Assembly: GCA_963809485.1 (NCBI GenBank)
Contig: CAWEJX010000020.1
Coordinates: forward strand, 736,001-800,000
DNA: 64,000 nt
Source of the DNA: an uncultured Acidobacteriota bacterium
GTDB taxonomy: Bacteria > Acidobacteriota > UBA6911
Direction: 5' to 3'
In this document: positions 19,199-28,215 of the stretch, in pieces
How the letters are laid out: each line of letters opens with the position of its first letter
How positions within the stretch are numbered: position 1 is the first letter of the stretch
Notes under the pieces: generated by a model
Databases searched by the model: none
Told to the model about the DNA's origin: nothing
Seen by the model: only the letters and a program-made list of their open reading frames with translations
Program-made: the position numbers and the translations under genes

Positions 19199-22100
19199 GT
19201 GACTGCACCCAAATTTCGTGTAGGAATTGATGTAGGTTCCACAACCGTCAAAGCCATCATCGCGGATGCGGAGACAGACGCCGTGCTGTGGAAGGATTAC
19301 CGCCGGCATGACACGCGTCAGATCGAGGTGTTGCTTGATTTCCTGGGGCGAATGGAGCGCGAAACCGGAATGGCGCCGGACAATTGCCGGGTATTCATGA
19401 CCGGTTCCGGCGGCATCTCGCTTGCGGAACTGATCGGGGCGAAGTATGTCCAGGAAGTGCTCGCAGCATCTCTCATGGTGGAAAGACGCTGCCCGGAGGC
19501 CGCTTCCTTCGTCGAAATCGGCGGGCAGGATGCCAAGATCGTTGTCCTGCAGAAGGATCCCGAAACCGGCCGCATCAAGAAATTCCCTTCAATGAACGAC
19601 AAGTGCGCCGGCGGCACGGGCGCGGTGATTGACAAGATCAGCAAGAAGCTCGGCATCCCCCTCGAGGAAATTTGCCGGCTTCGCTATGACGGCATCCGCA
19701 TGCATTCGGTGGCGGGCAAGTGTGGAGTGTTCGCCGAAACCGACATCAACAGCCTGCAGAAACAGGGCATTCCTGCGGATGAATGCATGGCTTCCCTGTT
19801 CGAGGCTTTCGTCCTTCAGAACCTCAAGGTTCTGGCCCGCGGCCATACACTGCTTGCGCACGTTCTGCTTTTGGGCGGTCCGAATGCCTTCATCCCCGGA
19901 ATGCGCGAAGCCTGGCAGCGCAATATAGCGCTGACGTGGTCCGAGCGAGGCGTGCCGGTTCCTGAAGGCAAAACGCTGGCGGATCTGATCTACGCGCCGC
20001 CGGATGCCGAGTACTTCAGTGCGATGGGCGCTGCCGAGTTCGGCAAGGATGAAGAAACCGCTGTCGGCGCCTACTGCGGGATTTCGCAGCTTGAAAATTT
20101 GCACCTGGGCCGTGCGGAAGGCCGCGGCAAAGGCGGACAAGGCGTACCCGCACTCGTGGGGTCCCCGGAAGAGGTGGAAGTGTTCCTCAAGAATTATGCC
20201 CCGCCGCCTTTTGAGCCGCCCCTATTCAATCCGGGAGACACGGCACGGGGCTTCATCGGAGTGGATGGCGGATCCACGTCCACCAAAGCCGTCCTGCTGT
20301 CCCTGGAAGGCGAGGTCCTGGCCAGAGCCTATCAGCTGTCCAAGGGGAATCCGATCGAGGACACCATCGAAATTCTCGAGAAGCTGCGCAAACAGGTCGA
20401 AGCCCAGGGCGCCCGGATCGAGGTGCTGGGCGCGGCGACCACCGGCTATGCCAAGGATACGCTGCGGGACGTTATTTGCGCCGATGTCGCCCTGGTGGAA
20501 ACGGTAGCCCATACAAAATCCGCATTGCATTATTACGACACCCCCGACGCTATCGTTGACGTGGGAGGGCAGGACATCAAGCTGATGATCCTGAAGGACG
20601 GCCGTGTCAAGGACTTCAAGCTCAATACGCAGTGTTCGGCAGGAAACGGCTATTTCCTGCAGGCGATCTCCGAAGGATTCGGGTTCAAGGTGGAGCAGTT
20701 CGCCGACGTCGCTTTCACCGCCCGCGAGATGCCCGTTTTCCCTTACGGATGCGCAGTCTTTCTTCAGGCCGACATCGCCAGCTTCCAGGGCCAGGGGTGG
20801 AAACCGAATGAGATCCTGGCCGGCCTTGCGGCCGTGCTGCCCAAAAATGTCTGGCTCTATATCGCCAAGATCCCCAACCTGCCTGAACTGGGGACGCGAT
20901 TCATCCTGCAGGGAGGCACGCAAAACAACCTTGCAGCGGTCAAAGCACAGGTGGACTTTATCCGGCAGCGTTTTGCCGCTTCGGACAAGACGCCCGAGAT
21001 CATCGTCCACAAGCATGCCGGGGAAGCCGGCGCCATCGGTGCGGCCTTTGAAGCCATGACGCTGTGGCAGCAGGGAAGGAAAACCACTTTCATAGGTCTG
21101 GACGCGGTCCGGAACATCCAATACAAGACGACCGTCGGCGAGGAGACCCGCTGCCGCTTCTGCAAGAACCATTGCCTCCGCACGTTCATCGATATCGATA
21201 CGGGAAGCGACGGAAGCGGCGTCGAAGCCCACTCCGACAACGGGCACAGGCGCCTCATCATCGCCACCTGCGAAAAGGGCGCCGTGGAGGACCTGGGAGC
21301 CATGAAGGCTATTCAGTCCGGCCTGGATGCCGCAAGGGAGGCGAATCCGAACCTTTTGGAATATGCGGGGCGGGAAGTCTGGAAAGTGCACGCTCCGCAG
21401 AAATCGCCAGGCGCCGGCAATTGGGGATTGCGAAAGCGGCGGCTGATGGAAAAGCGCCAGCGGTTTCGCATCGGCATCCCGCGAGTTCTTGGAATGTACT
21501 CCTTTGCGCCGCTGTTCAACGGCTATTTCGAAACCCTCGGCGTCCAGCCGGCGAATATCGTGTACTCGGATTTCACCAGCGAAGAAATGTTCCGGGTCGG
21601 ATCCAAGCGCGGCTCGATCGATCCCTGCTATCCTTCAAAACTTGCCCTGGCGCACATACACAATCTTCTTTTCGAAAAGCACAAGCGCAAACCCATCGAC
21701 TGCATTTTCTTCCCGATGTTCGATGTCCTGCGCTCCTCTCTGGTCAATATCCGGGCCAGCAACGCGTGTCCCACGACAGCGCTGACTCCGGAAGTCGTTC
21801 GCGCCGCCTTCACCAAGGAGACGGACCTTTTCGCGAACAACGGCGTCCTTTATCTGGACACGCTGCTGGATCTTTCAAAGCCCGACCTGCTCGCCCGGCA
21901 GATGTTCACCGAATGGGCGTCCATCCTGGGACTGTCCAAGTCGGAGAATGCCGGCGCCGTCCGCGCCGGCTACGAGGCTCTCGACCGCTACGAATCGGAA
22001 ATACGGCGAAAGGCGCGCGAAATCATCGATCGCCTGGAGAAAGAGGGGGGAGTGGGAATCGTCCTTCTGGGGCGCCCCTACCACCATGACCCCGGAGTCA

Positions 22101-22567
22101 ACCAGGGCATACCGGGAGAGCTTCAGAAACGCGGCTATCCGGTCTTTTCCCAGGCGACCCTCCCGCTGGACCAGGATCTGCTCGAACGCCTCTTCGGAGA
22201 GGAGGTCCGGGAGGGGATCATCGCCCATGCGCTGGATGTGAGCGATGTATGGAAACACACCTTCTCGGCCAACAGTGCCAACAAGCTTTGGGCGGCGAAA
22301 TTTACGGCACGCCACCCCAACCTCATAGCCGTCGAGCTTTCCAATTTCAAATGCGGGCACGACGCTCCCATCTATTCCACAATCGAGAAGATCATTGAAA
22401 CATCCGGCACTCCTTATTTCGCTTTCAAGGACATCGACGAAAATAAGCCGACCGGCTCCATCAAGCTTCGTGTCGAGACGATCGACTATTTCCTGAAAAG
22501 ATACCGGAAGGAGTTGGAGGAAGCCAATCAGGCAGCCCTGTCAGAAAGCCGGAAGAAAGAAGCCTGA
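19199..22567 (+). CDS. multidomain CoA-substrate-specific enzyme activase (two BcrAD/BadFG ASKHA domains plus a C-terminal DUF2229-like region)
   Basis: GIDVGSTT, IGGQDAK, MNDKCAGGTG; second DGGSTSTK, VGGQDIK, NTQCSAGNG; CRFCKNHC; FKCGHD. Confidence 0.88.
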   Translation: MTAPKFRVGIDVGSTTVKAIIADAETDAVLWKDYRRHDTRQIEVLLDFLGRMERETGMAPDNCRVFMTGSGGISLAELIGAKYVQEVLAASLMVERRCPEAASFVEIGGQDAKIVVLQKDPETGRIKKFPSMNDKCAGGTGAVIDKISKKLGIPLEEICRLRYDGIRMHSVAGKCGVFAETDINSLQKQGIPADECMASLFEAFVLQNLKVLARGHTLLAHVLLLGGPNAFIPGMREAWQRNIALTWSERGVPVPEGKTLADLIYAPPDAEYFSAMGAAEFGKDEETAVGAYCGISQLENLHLGRAEGRGKGGQGVPALVGSPEEVEVFLKNYAPPPFEPPLFNPGDTARGFIGVDGGSTSTKAVLLSLEGEVLARAYQLSKGNPIEDTIEILEKLRKQVEAQGARIEVLGAATTGYAKDTLRDVICADVALVETVAHTKSALHYYDTPDAIVDVGGQDIKLMILKDGRVKDFKLNTQCSAGNGYFLQAISEGFGFKVEQFADVAFTAREMPVFPYGCAVFLQADIASFQGQGWKPNEILAGLAAVLPKNVWLYIAKIPNLPELGTRFILQGGTQNNLAAVKAQVDFIRQRFAASDKTPEIIVHKHAGEAGAIGAAFEAMTLWQQGRKTTFIGLDAVRNIQYKTTVGEETRCRFCKNHCLRTFIDIDTGSDGSGVEAHSDNGHRRLIIATCEKGAVEDLGAMKAIQSGLDAAREANPNLLEYAGREVWKVHAPQKSPGAGNWGLRKRRLMEKRQRFRIGIPRVLGMYSFAPLFNGYFETLGVQPANIVYSDFTSEEMFRVGSKRGSIDPCYPSKLALAHIHNLLFEKHKRKPIDCIFFPMFDVLRSSLVNIRASNACPTTALTPEVVRAAFTKETDLFANNGVLYLDTLLDLSKPDLLARQMFTEWASILGLSKSENAGAVRAGYEALDRYESEIRRKAREIIDRLEKEGGVGIVLLGRPYHHDPGVNQGIPGELQKRGYPVFSQATLPLDQDLLERLFGEEVREGIIAHALDVSDVWKHTFSANSANKLWAAKFTARHPNLIAVELSNFKCGHDAPIYSTIEKIIETSGTPYFAFKDIDENKPTGSIKLRVETIDYFLKRYRKELEEANQAALSESRKKEA

Positions 22568-22621
22568 AGCCTTTCAGGCAGGATCCGGCATTCTCGCTTT
22601 GAGTCCTATGGACGAATTCCG

Positions 22622-22692
22622 CTCCCGGCTTCTGGCTCGTGGTTCCTGGCTTCTTACTTCTTATTTCTTATTTCTTACTTCTGGCTTCCTGG
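22622..22692. repeat. degenerate heptamer tandem array (CTTCTGG/YTTCTTA)
   Basis: ctcccgg cttctgg ctcgtgg ttcctgg cttctta cttctta tttctta tttctta cttctgg. Confidence 0.7.
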
Positions 22693-22740
22693 ATTGATAC
22701 ATAGTAGACTCAGGCCGATTTTTCAGACAAGGAGGGCACA

Positions 22741-23169
22741 ATGTTCAAGGAATTTAAAGAGTTCGCAATGAAGGGAAATGTACTTGACATGGCGATCGGC
22801 ATCATCATCGGTGCCGCCTTTGGCAAAATCATCACTTCTTTTGTTTCCGACATACTGATGCCGCCCTTGGGGCTCTTGCTTGGGAAAATGGACTTTAGCA
22901 ACCTGTTCATCAACCTGTCGGGCGGAGACTTTCCCACCATAGCGGCTGCGAAAGCCGCGGGCGCCGCCACCATGAACTATGGCGTTTTTCTCAATACGAT
23001 CATCGACTTTATCATCGTGGCCTTCGCAATCTTCCTGCTGATCCGGCAGGTGAATAAGTTCAAGCGCCAGCCGCCGGCGGCACCGCCCAACACCAAGGAC
23101 TGCCCGTTTTGTGCTTCGGCGATACCCATTCCGGCAAAGCGCTGCCCGCACTGCACGTCGCAGCTGTAA
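22741..23169 (+). CDS. mscL: large-conductance mechanosensitive channel with C-terminal Zn ribbon
   Basis: [25 protein letters not shown] and NYGVF motifs; CPFC...CPHC tail. Confidence 0.96.
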   Translation: MFKEFKEFAMKGNVLDMAIGIIIGAAFGKIITSFVSDILMPPLGLLLGKMDFSNLFINLSGGDFPTIAAAKAAGAATMNYGVFLNTIIDFIIVAFAIFLLIRQVNKFKRQPPAAPPNTKDCPFCASAIPIPAKRCPHCTSQL

Positions 23170-23280
23170 GCAAACCGGGATCCGGCCATTCGAGCTATCG
23201 GGTCTTCGAGCCTGTGTGGCATAGCTATGCTCAGAAGCTCAAAGATTCGCCCATTTTTGCCGTCCGGTCGGGGATGCCTG

Positions 23281-23694
23281 CTATTTCTTGAAGAGGTCTA
23301 GAAAGGCTTGACGATGGCTATCCACAACTTTGGGAGGCGCGGCTCCGCTCCCCTGCTTTTCCACCAGGACCTTCGGTTCAAAAAAAGGACATAAATTGTT
23401 CGCGCTTTTGTTGATCACGCGCATCTCAACGGGCTTGGTGCATTCATTGCGGGCTGAAGGATCAAAATTGAGACAGTTCCTGCATGTGTGCAGATCCGTG
23501 TCGCAGTTCTTGCACTTGTCCGTGACGCGAATCTGATCCATGACCTGGATCTCTGAAGCACAGTTATTGCAGCGCGTTATCAGGTGGAATTTCGTTTCAA
23601 CCCTTCCTCCGGGCCCTTTCGGGCGCGGAGGAGGTTTTGGCTTCCTCTCGCGGTCGGCATCCATATAGCCGGATTGACGATATTTTCTCGACAT
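23281..23694 (-). CDS. Cys-rich hypothetical protein (putative metal binding)
   Basis: GGAGG RBS; CNNC, CKNC, CRNC..F, C and CPFF. Confidence 0.75.
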   Translation of the reverse strand: MSRKYRQSGYMDADRERKPKPPPRPKGPGGRVETKFHLITRCNNCASEIQVMDQIRVTDKCKNCDTDLHTCRNCLNFDPSARNECTKPVEMRVINKSANNLCPFFEPKVLVEKQGSGAAPPKVVDSHRQAFLDLFKK

Positions 23695-24240
23695 TTGCCT
23701 CCTCGATGCTTTCAGCAGCCTGCTGCGAATAGAGAGAATCTGAAATTACCCGGCGCAGAAATCATACTGTATCAGTCCCTGCGTTTCCGGGCACTGGATC
23801 TTTGCAGATCCATTCATCCGGCAAGAATGCGAACGTCCGGGACTTTTGAATTCTAAATTGGGCTCATTCCGAAAGGTTTATATCCCGGAAATGGAGTTCC
23901 GCTGCCCTTCTCGATGAGTTGCACGACGATTGGTTGTGGACTACCCAAGGCCGGTGAAATTATAGAATACCACATATTTGGTCCCGGGTCGAATACTTCC
24001 GTTATCCCCAGCGATAGTCGCGATGCCCCTTCAGAACACACCCTCGGAAGCGTCTCATCGGTTCTTGCACGCCGACCTTCGCCCTATTGATCAGCGTTCG
24101 TCAGCGTTTTGTCGGTGTATGTCGGCGTTCAACAATCCCGGAACTGGCAAACTCCGGGAGTCCCCCCAGCAGAGCGGGATTGCCGATTGATTGACTACCG
24201 AACCCGTGCAGTCGGATGCCATTTTCACGAATGATACATT

Positions 24241-26184
24241 TCAGCTTTGCAGGGCTTCCATTTCGGAATGCAGCGTTTCCCACTGCTCCATATAATGATT
24301 GAGTTCGGCCTGCAGGCGATCATGTTCTTCCATTGTGGTGCGGAATAACTGGTGGTCCCGATAGAGTTCTTCGGTTGACAGCAATTGCGTCAAAACGGCG
24401 ATTCTTGTTTCGTGGGACTGGATCTGTCCCTCCAGCCGCTCAATCTGCTCCTGTTTTTGCCGGATTTTGAATGGATTGACTCTCTTTTTCTTTGCTTCAG
24501 GCTGGGCTCCCGCACCGTTATCTCCGGATTGAGCCGCTTCCTGTTCGACGGCCTGTTCTCTGGCCGCCCGCTCCTTTTCCAGTTCCGCTTTCTTGAAGAG
24601 ATAGTCCTCATAATTGCCCAGATAAGGAATGGCCTTCTGATCGCCGATTTCCAGGACTTTGGTTGCCAACCCATCAAGGAAATACCTGTCATGGCTTACG
24701 AAGACCATGGTGCCCTCGTAGTCTCGCAACGAATCCATCAGGATATCTTTGGACCGGATATCCAGATGGTTGGTCGGCTCGTCCAAAAGCAGGCAATTGG
24801 CTGGCGACAGCAGAAGCTTGCATAGCACCAGCCGGCTTCGCTCTCCCCCGCTCAGCACGGAAACCGGCTTTTCAACAGCATCCCCCGAAAACAGAAAGCA
24901 GCCGAGCAATGTGCGCAGCTGCGGCACGATGTGGTTCGGTGCGACAGCATAGACTTCGTCCCAAACCGTCCTGTTCGAGGCGAGCAGATCATCCTGGTCC
25001 TGGGAAAAATACGAGACCACGACATTGTGACCCTCTTTGCGCTCACCTTCGAATAGAGGCAGGCGACCGGCCAGGATTTTCATCATGGTCGATTTGCCTA
25101 CCCCATTGGGTCCCACCAGGGCGATCCGCTCGCCTTTTTCGAGAATATAGTTGAGATCACGAAAAACAACGGTATTGCCGTAGCCCGCGGAGACATTGGA
25201 CAACTCGAGGACGATGCGCCCGGTCCGCGGGCCCTCGGGGAAGCGCAGACGGATCGGCTTGGCCTCGGGCGGGATTTCGATCCGCTCCATGCGTTCGAGG
25301 TCCTTGAGGCGGCTCTGGACCTGAGCAGCCTTTGTGGCTTTGTAGCGGAACTTGTCGGCAAAAGCCTTGATGCGGGCGATTTCCCTCTGCTGCGCCTCAT
25401 ATTCCGCCATCAGCTGAGCCAAACGCTCCTCGCGCTGCCGGAGAAACTCGGCGTAATTCCCCTTGTAAAAGTGGACCGCCCGGTTTCGGATTTCGAGGAT
25501 CCGCTGAACGGCAGAGTCCAGAAAGTACCGGTCATGGGAAACCAGCACCAGGGCGTGAGGGTAGGTCTGCAGATAGTTTTCAAGCCAGTTCCGCGCTTCG
25601 AGGTCCAGATGGTTTGTCGGTTCGTCCAGCAGCAGAAGGCTCGGCTGCTGCAAAAGGAGTTTGGCGAGGGCGATGCGCATCTGCCACCCGCCGCTGAAAT
25701 CTTCACAGGGACGATTGAGATCCTCCTGCGTGAAACCCAGGCCGAGCAGGACCGAGCCGGCCTTCGCCTTAATCGAGTAGCCTTCCCTCAATCGGAACTG
25801 CTGCGAGATGACGGAATACCGCTCCAGTCTTTGTTCATATTCAGGACCCGAGTGCTCCATCTCGGCCATTTCATGTTCCAGTTGCCGGATCTCCAGCTCC
25901 AACTCCGTCAAAGACTCAAAGACTGACAGCGCCTCCTCCAGGAGCGTGCGCCCGTGCAGAAAAAGGCCATCCTGCGGAAGGTACCCGAAAGTCAGGTCCC
26001 GGGCGCCGATTATTTCTCCTTCGTCCGACGGCGCAAGGCCCGCAATCATTTTCATGAGAGTGGACTTGCCGGTGCCGTTGTCTCCGACGAGGCCGATCCG
26101 GTCGCGCTCGTTGATCTGAAAATCCAGCGAGCGGAACAGCCATTCGCCGCGAAACGCTTTCCCGAGCCCCTTGATTTGAAGCAT
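24241..26184 (-). CDS. ABC-F family ATPase
   Basis: Two ABC domains (GDNGTGKST/FSGGW/LDEPTNHLD and GPNGVGKST/LSGGE), no TM helices, C-terminal coiled coil. Confidence 0.95.
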   Translation of the reverse strand: MLQIKGLGKAFRGEWLFRSLDFQINERDRIGLVGDNGTGKSTLMKMIAGLAPSDEGEIIGARDLTFGYLPQDGLFLHGRTLLEEALSVFESLTELELEIRQLEHEMAEMEHSGPEYEQRLERYSVISQQFRLREGYSIKAKAGSVLLGLGFTQEDLNRPCEDFSGGWQMRIALAKLLLQQPSLLLLDEPTNHLDLEARNWLENYLQTYPHALVLVSHDRYFLDSAVQRILEIRNRAVHFYKGNYAEFLRQREERLAQLMAEYEAQQREIARIKAFADKFRYKATKAAQVQSRLKDLERMERIEIPPEAKPIRLRFPEGPRTGRIVLELSNVSAGYGNTVVFRDLNYILEKGERIALVGPNGVGKSTMMKILAGRLPLFEGERKEGHNVVVSYFSQDQDDLLASNRTVWDEVYAVAPNHIVPQLRTLLGCFLFSGDAVEKPVSVLSGGERSRLVLCKLLLSPANCLLLDEPTNHLDIRSKDILMDSLRDYEGTMVFVSHDRYFLDGLATKVLEIGDQKAIPYLGNYEDYLFKKAELEKERAAREQAVEQEAAQSGDNGAGAQPEAKKKRVNPFKIRQKQEQIERLEGQIQSHETRIAVLTQLLSTEELYRDHQLFRTTMEEHDRLQAELNHYMEQWETLHSEMEALQS

Positions 26185-26373
26185 CTTTTCTCCAAAAATG
26201 AATTATTCTATCAGACGGAAGCCCAAAATGTGAAAATGGCTCTCCCGAAGTAGTCTGAGAACTCGTAGCCGTCGTATAGGGCAGATCGATCGCCGCCTGA
26301 TGGTGAAAATTTGGGTTGTTCGCAGACGGTTTTCCGGCTCCCCTGCAGGGGAGCCGAGTCGGAGACAGGGAAT

Positions 26374-27060
26374 ATGAAACGAGCGGTTGCACTTGCCAGC
26401 GGCGGACTGGATTCCAGCACCGCAATGGCCATCGGCGCGGAGCAAGGCTTCGATATTTATGCCCTGACCTTTGACTACGGCCAGCGTCATCGATGCGAAC
26501 TCGAAGCCGCCCGGCGTGTCGTGAAATCGCTCGGCATCGCCCACCACACGGTCGCCACCATCGATCTCAGGACGTTTGGAGGCTCGGCTTTGACCTCCGA
26601 TATCGAGGTACCGAAAAACAGGCAGGCGATCCGGAATTGCGCCCAGATTCCCGTCACCTATGTCCCTGCGCGCAACACAATTTTTCTGAGCTTCGCCCTG
26701 GGCTGGTGCGAAGTCCTCGAAGCACAGGACATTTTTATCGGGGTTAACGCCGTTGATTATTCCGGGTATCCGGATTGCCGCCCTGAATTTCTCGCCGCTT
26801 TTGAAAACCTCGCAAATCTTGCGACCAAGGCCGGAGTCGAGGGTGTTGCCAGGTATCGCATCCATGCCCCGCTGCTGAATATGAGCAAGGCACAAATCAT
26901 CAGAGCGGGATTTGAGGCGGGCGTGGATTTTTCCCTGACGCACAGCTGCTACGATCCTTCTCCGGATGGATTGGCTTGCGGCGCCTGCGACTCGTGTCGC
27001 CTGCGGCGTGCAGGATTCGAGCAGGCAGGCATTCCCGATCCAACACGGTATCAGGGATAG
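26374..27060 (+). CDS. queC: 7-cyano-7-deazaguanine synthase
   Basis: SGGLDS, YGQRH, TYVPARN, GYPDCR and SCY...CG.CDSC.LR motifs. Confidence 0.96.
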   Translation: MKRAVALASGGLDSSTAMAIGAEQGFDIYALTFDYGQRHRCELEAARRVVKSLGIAHHTVATIDLRTFGGSALTSDIEVPKNRQAIRNCAQIPVTYVPARNTIFLSFALGWCEVLEAQDIFIGVNAVDYSGYPDCRPEFLAAFENLANLATKAGVEGVARYRIHAPLLNMSKAQIIRAGFEAGVDFSLTHSCYDPSPDGLACGACDSCRLRRAGFEQAGIPDPTRYQG

Positions 27061-27066
27061 GCGATC

Positions 27067-27651
27067 ATGGCAGCCATCCGCAAACCGCTTCCAGTTAAAC
27101 TTTTTGTCGGCATCCTCACTTCCCTCCCGGAAATCGTGCCGCAGGCCGAGGACCGTCTCGCTGCGCTATTCGGGCCGGTGGATTCAAGGAGCGAACCGGC
27201 TCTTTTCGATTGGACCCAATACTACAACGAGACCATGGGAAGCCCGATCCACCGGTATTTCCTCAGCTTTTCAAAGCTGATCGAGCCGTCCGCCATCGCG
27301 GAAATAAAGATCCGGACCAATGACCTGGAATCGGTTTTCTCCTCGCAGTACCCGCGCCCGCCGCGACCGATCAACTTGGATCCAGGATACCTGGAGCAGT
27401 CCAAAATCGTTCTTGCATCAACCAAAAACTTCTATCACCGGATCCTGATCTCAGGCGGAATTTATGCCGAGGTTACGATGCATTTCGAAGGAAATGAATG
27501 GAGATCATTCCCCTGGACCTTCCCAGATTATAAAACCGGACGATACCATCCCTACTTTGCTTCGCTCAGGAGACTCTACAGGGAGCAATTGAGCGCAATG
27601 GGAGAAAAGCTCCGGCTCCGGCAAGTCCGGCTCGCCGACACGGGCGAATAA
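27067..27651 (+). CDS. DUF4416-like protein
   Basis: YY...MG, R.INLDPGY, LASTKN..HRI and WT.PDY motifs. Confidence 0.8.
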   Translation: MAAIRKPLPVKLFVGILTSLPEIVPQAEDRLAALFGPVDSRSEPALFDWTQYYNETMGSPIHRYFLSFSKLIEPSAIAEIKIRTNDLESVFSSQYPRPPRPINLDPGYLEQSKIVLASTKNFYHRILISGGIYAEVTMHFEGNEWRSFPWTFPDYKTGRYHPYFASLRRLYREQLSAMGEKLRLRQVRLADTGE

Positions 27652-27689
27652 GCATGCTTCAGCTGAGCCTGGCTGCGGGACACACGCAG

Positions 27690-28092
27690 AGTCAGGCACC
27701 TCCGGCAAAGCCGGAGGCTTGAAAGATTGGAACCGCTCAAAGCGGTTGGACTAGTTACGCTGGTCTTGAACGCTGACTTACGCGGGCAAAAGCCGATGAG
27801 GCGCTTCCGATCCCCACAGGGGCCAGCGCTCCGCGCTGGACAGATTTCTGCGGCGGCACTGTGGCAAACGCCCTGTTTCTCATAACCCCCATCTCGTTGC
27901 CGCACGGCGCCTGCCACAGTGCCGCCGCAGAAAACTCCATCGGAAGCGCCTCATCGGCTTTTGCTCGCCGACCCTCGCCGAACAAATCGGCGTCTGTCAG
28001 CGCTTTTGCCAGCGTATCTCAGCGTTTCAAAATACGGAGCTGTCAAACTCTATGAGTCCCCCGGCAGAGCCGTGGGTTTACCAATGGAATTA
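27690..28092 (-). mobile_element. non-autonomous IS200/IS605-type element (PATE/MITE-like), copy 1
   Basis: Terminal hairpins CCTCCGGCAAAGCCGGAGG and CCCCCGGCAGAGCCG(T/G)GG; AACCGCTCAAAGCGGTT; no tnpA; near-identical to 37477-37876 and 53100-53502. Confidence 0.85.
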
Positions 28093-28215
28093 TAGGAATT
28101 TTCAAATTTCCAAAGCCGGTGGCGCATAGCGGCGAGCAAATAGTATAATCCAATAACAGTTGTCAGCTTTCGTGTCCGGAAATCATCCATCGCCTTTCAG
28201 CCGGGGGATCAATCT

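Noticed and set aside
26185-26373. preQ1 riboswitch before queC
   Set aside because: No recognisable preQ1 stem-loop with an A-rich tail
27755-28055. Repeated small ORFs (MFGEGRRAKADEALP..., MANA/MASA...) in the three elements
   Set aside because: They arise from the palindromic repeat, change with core orientation and show no transposase motifs; coding is not supported, though not excluded
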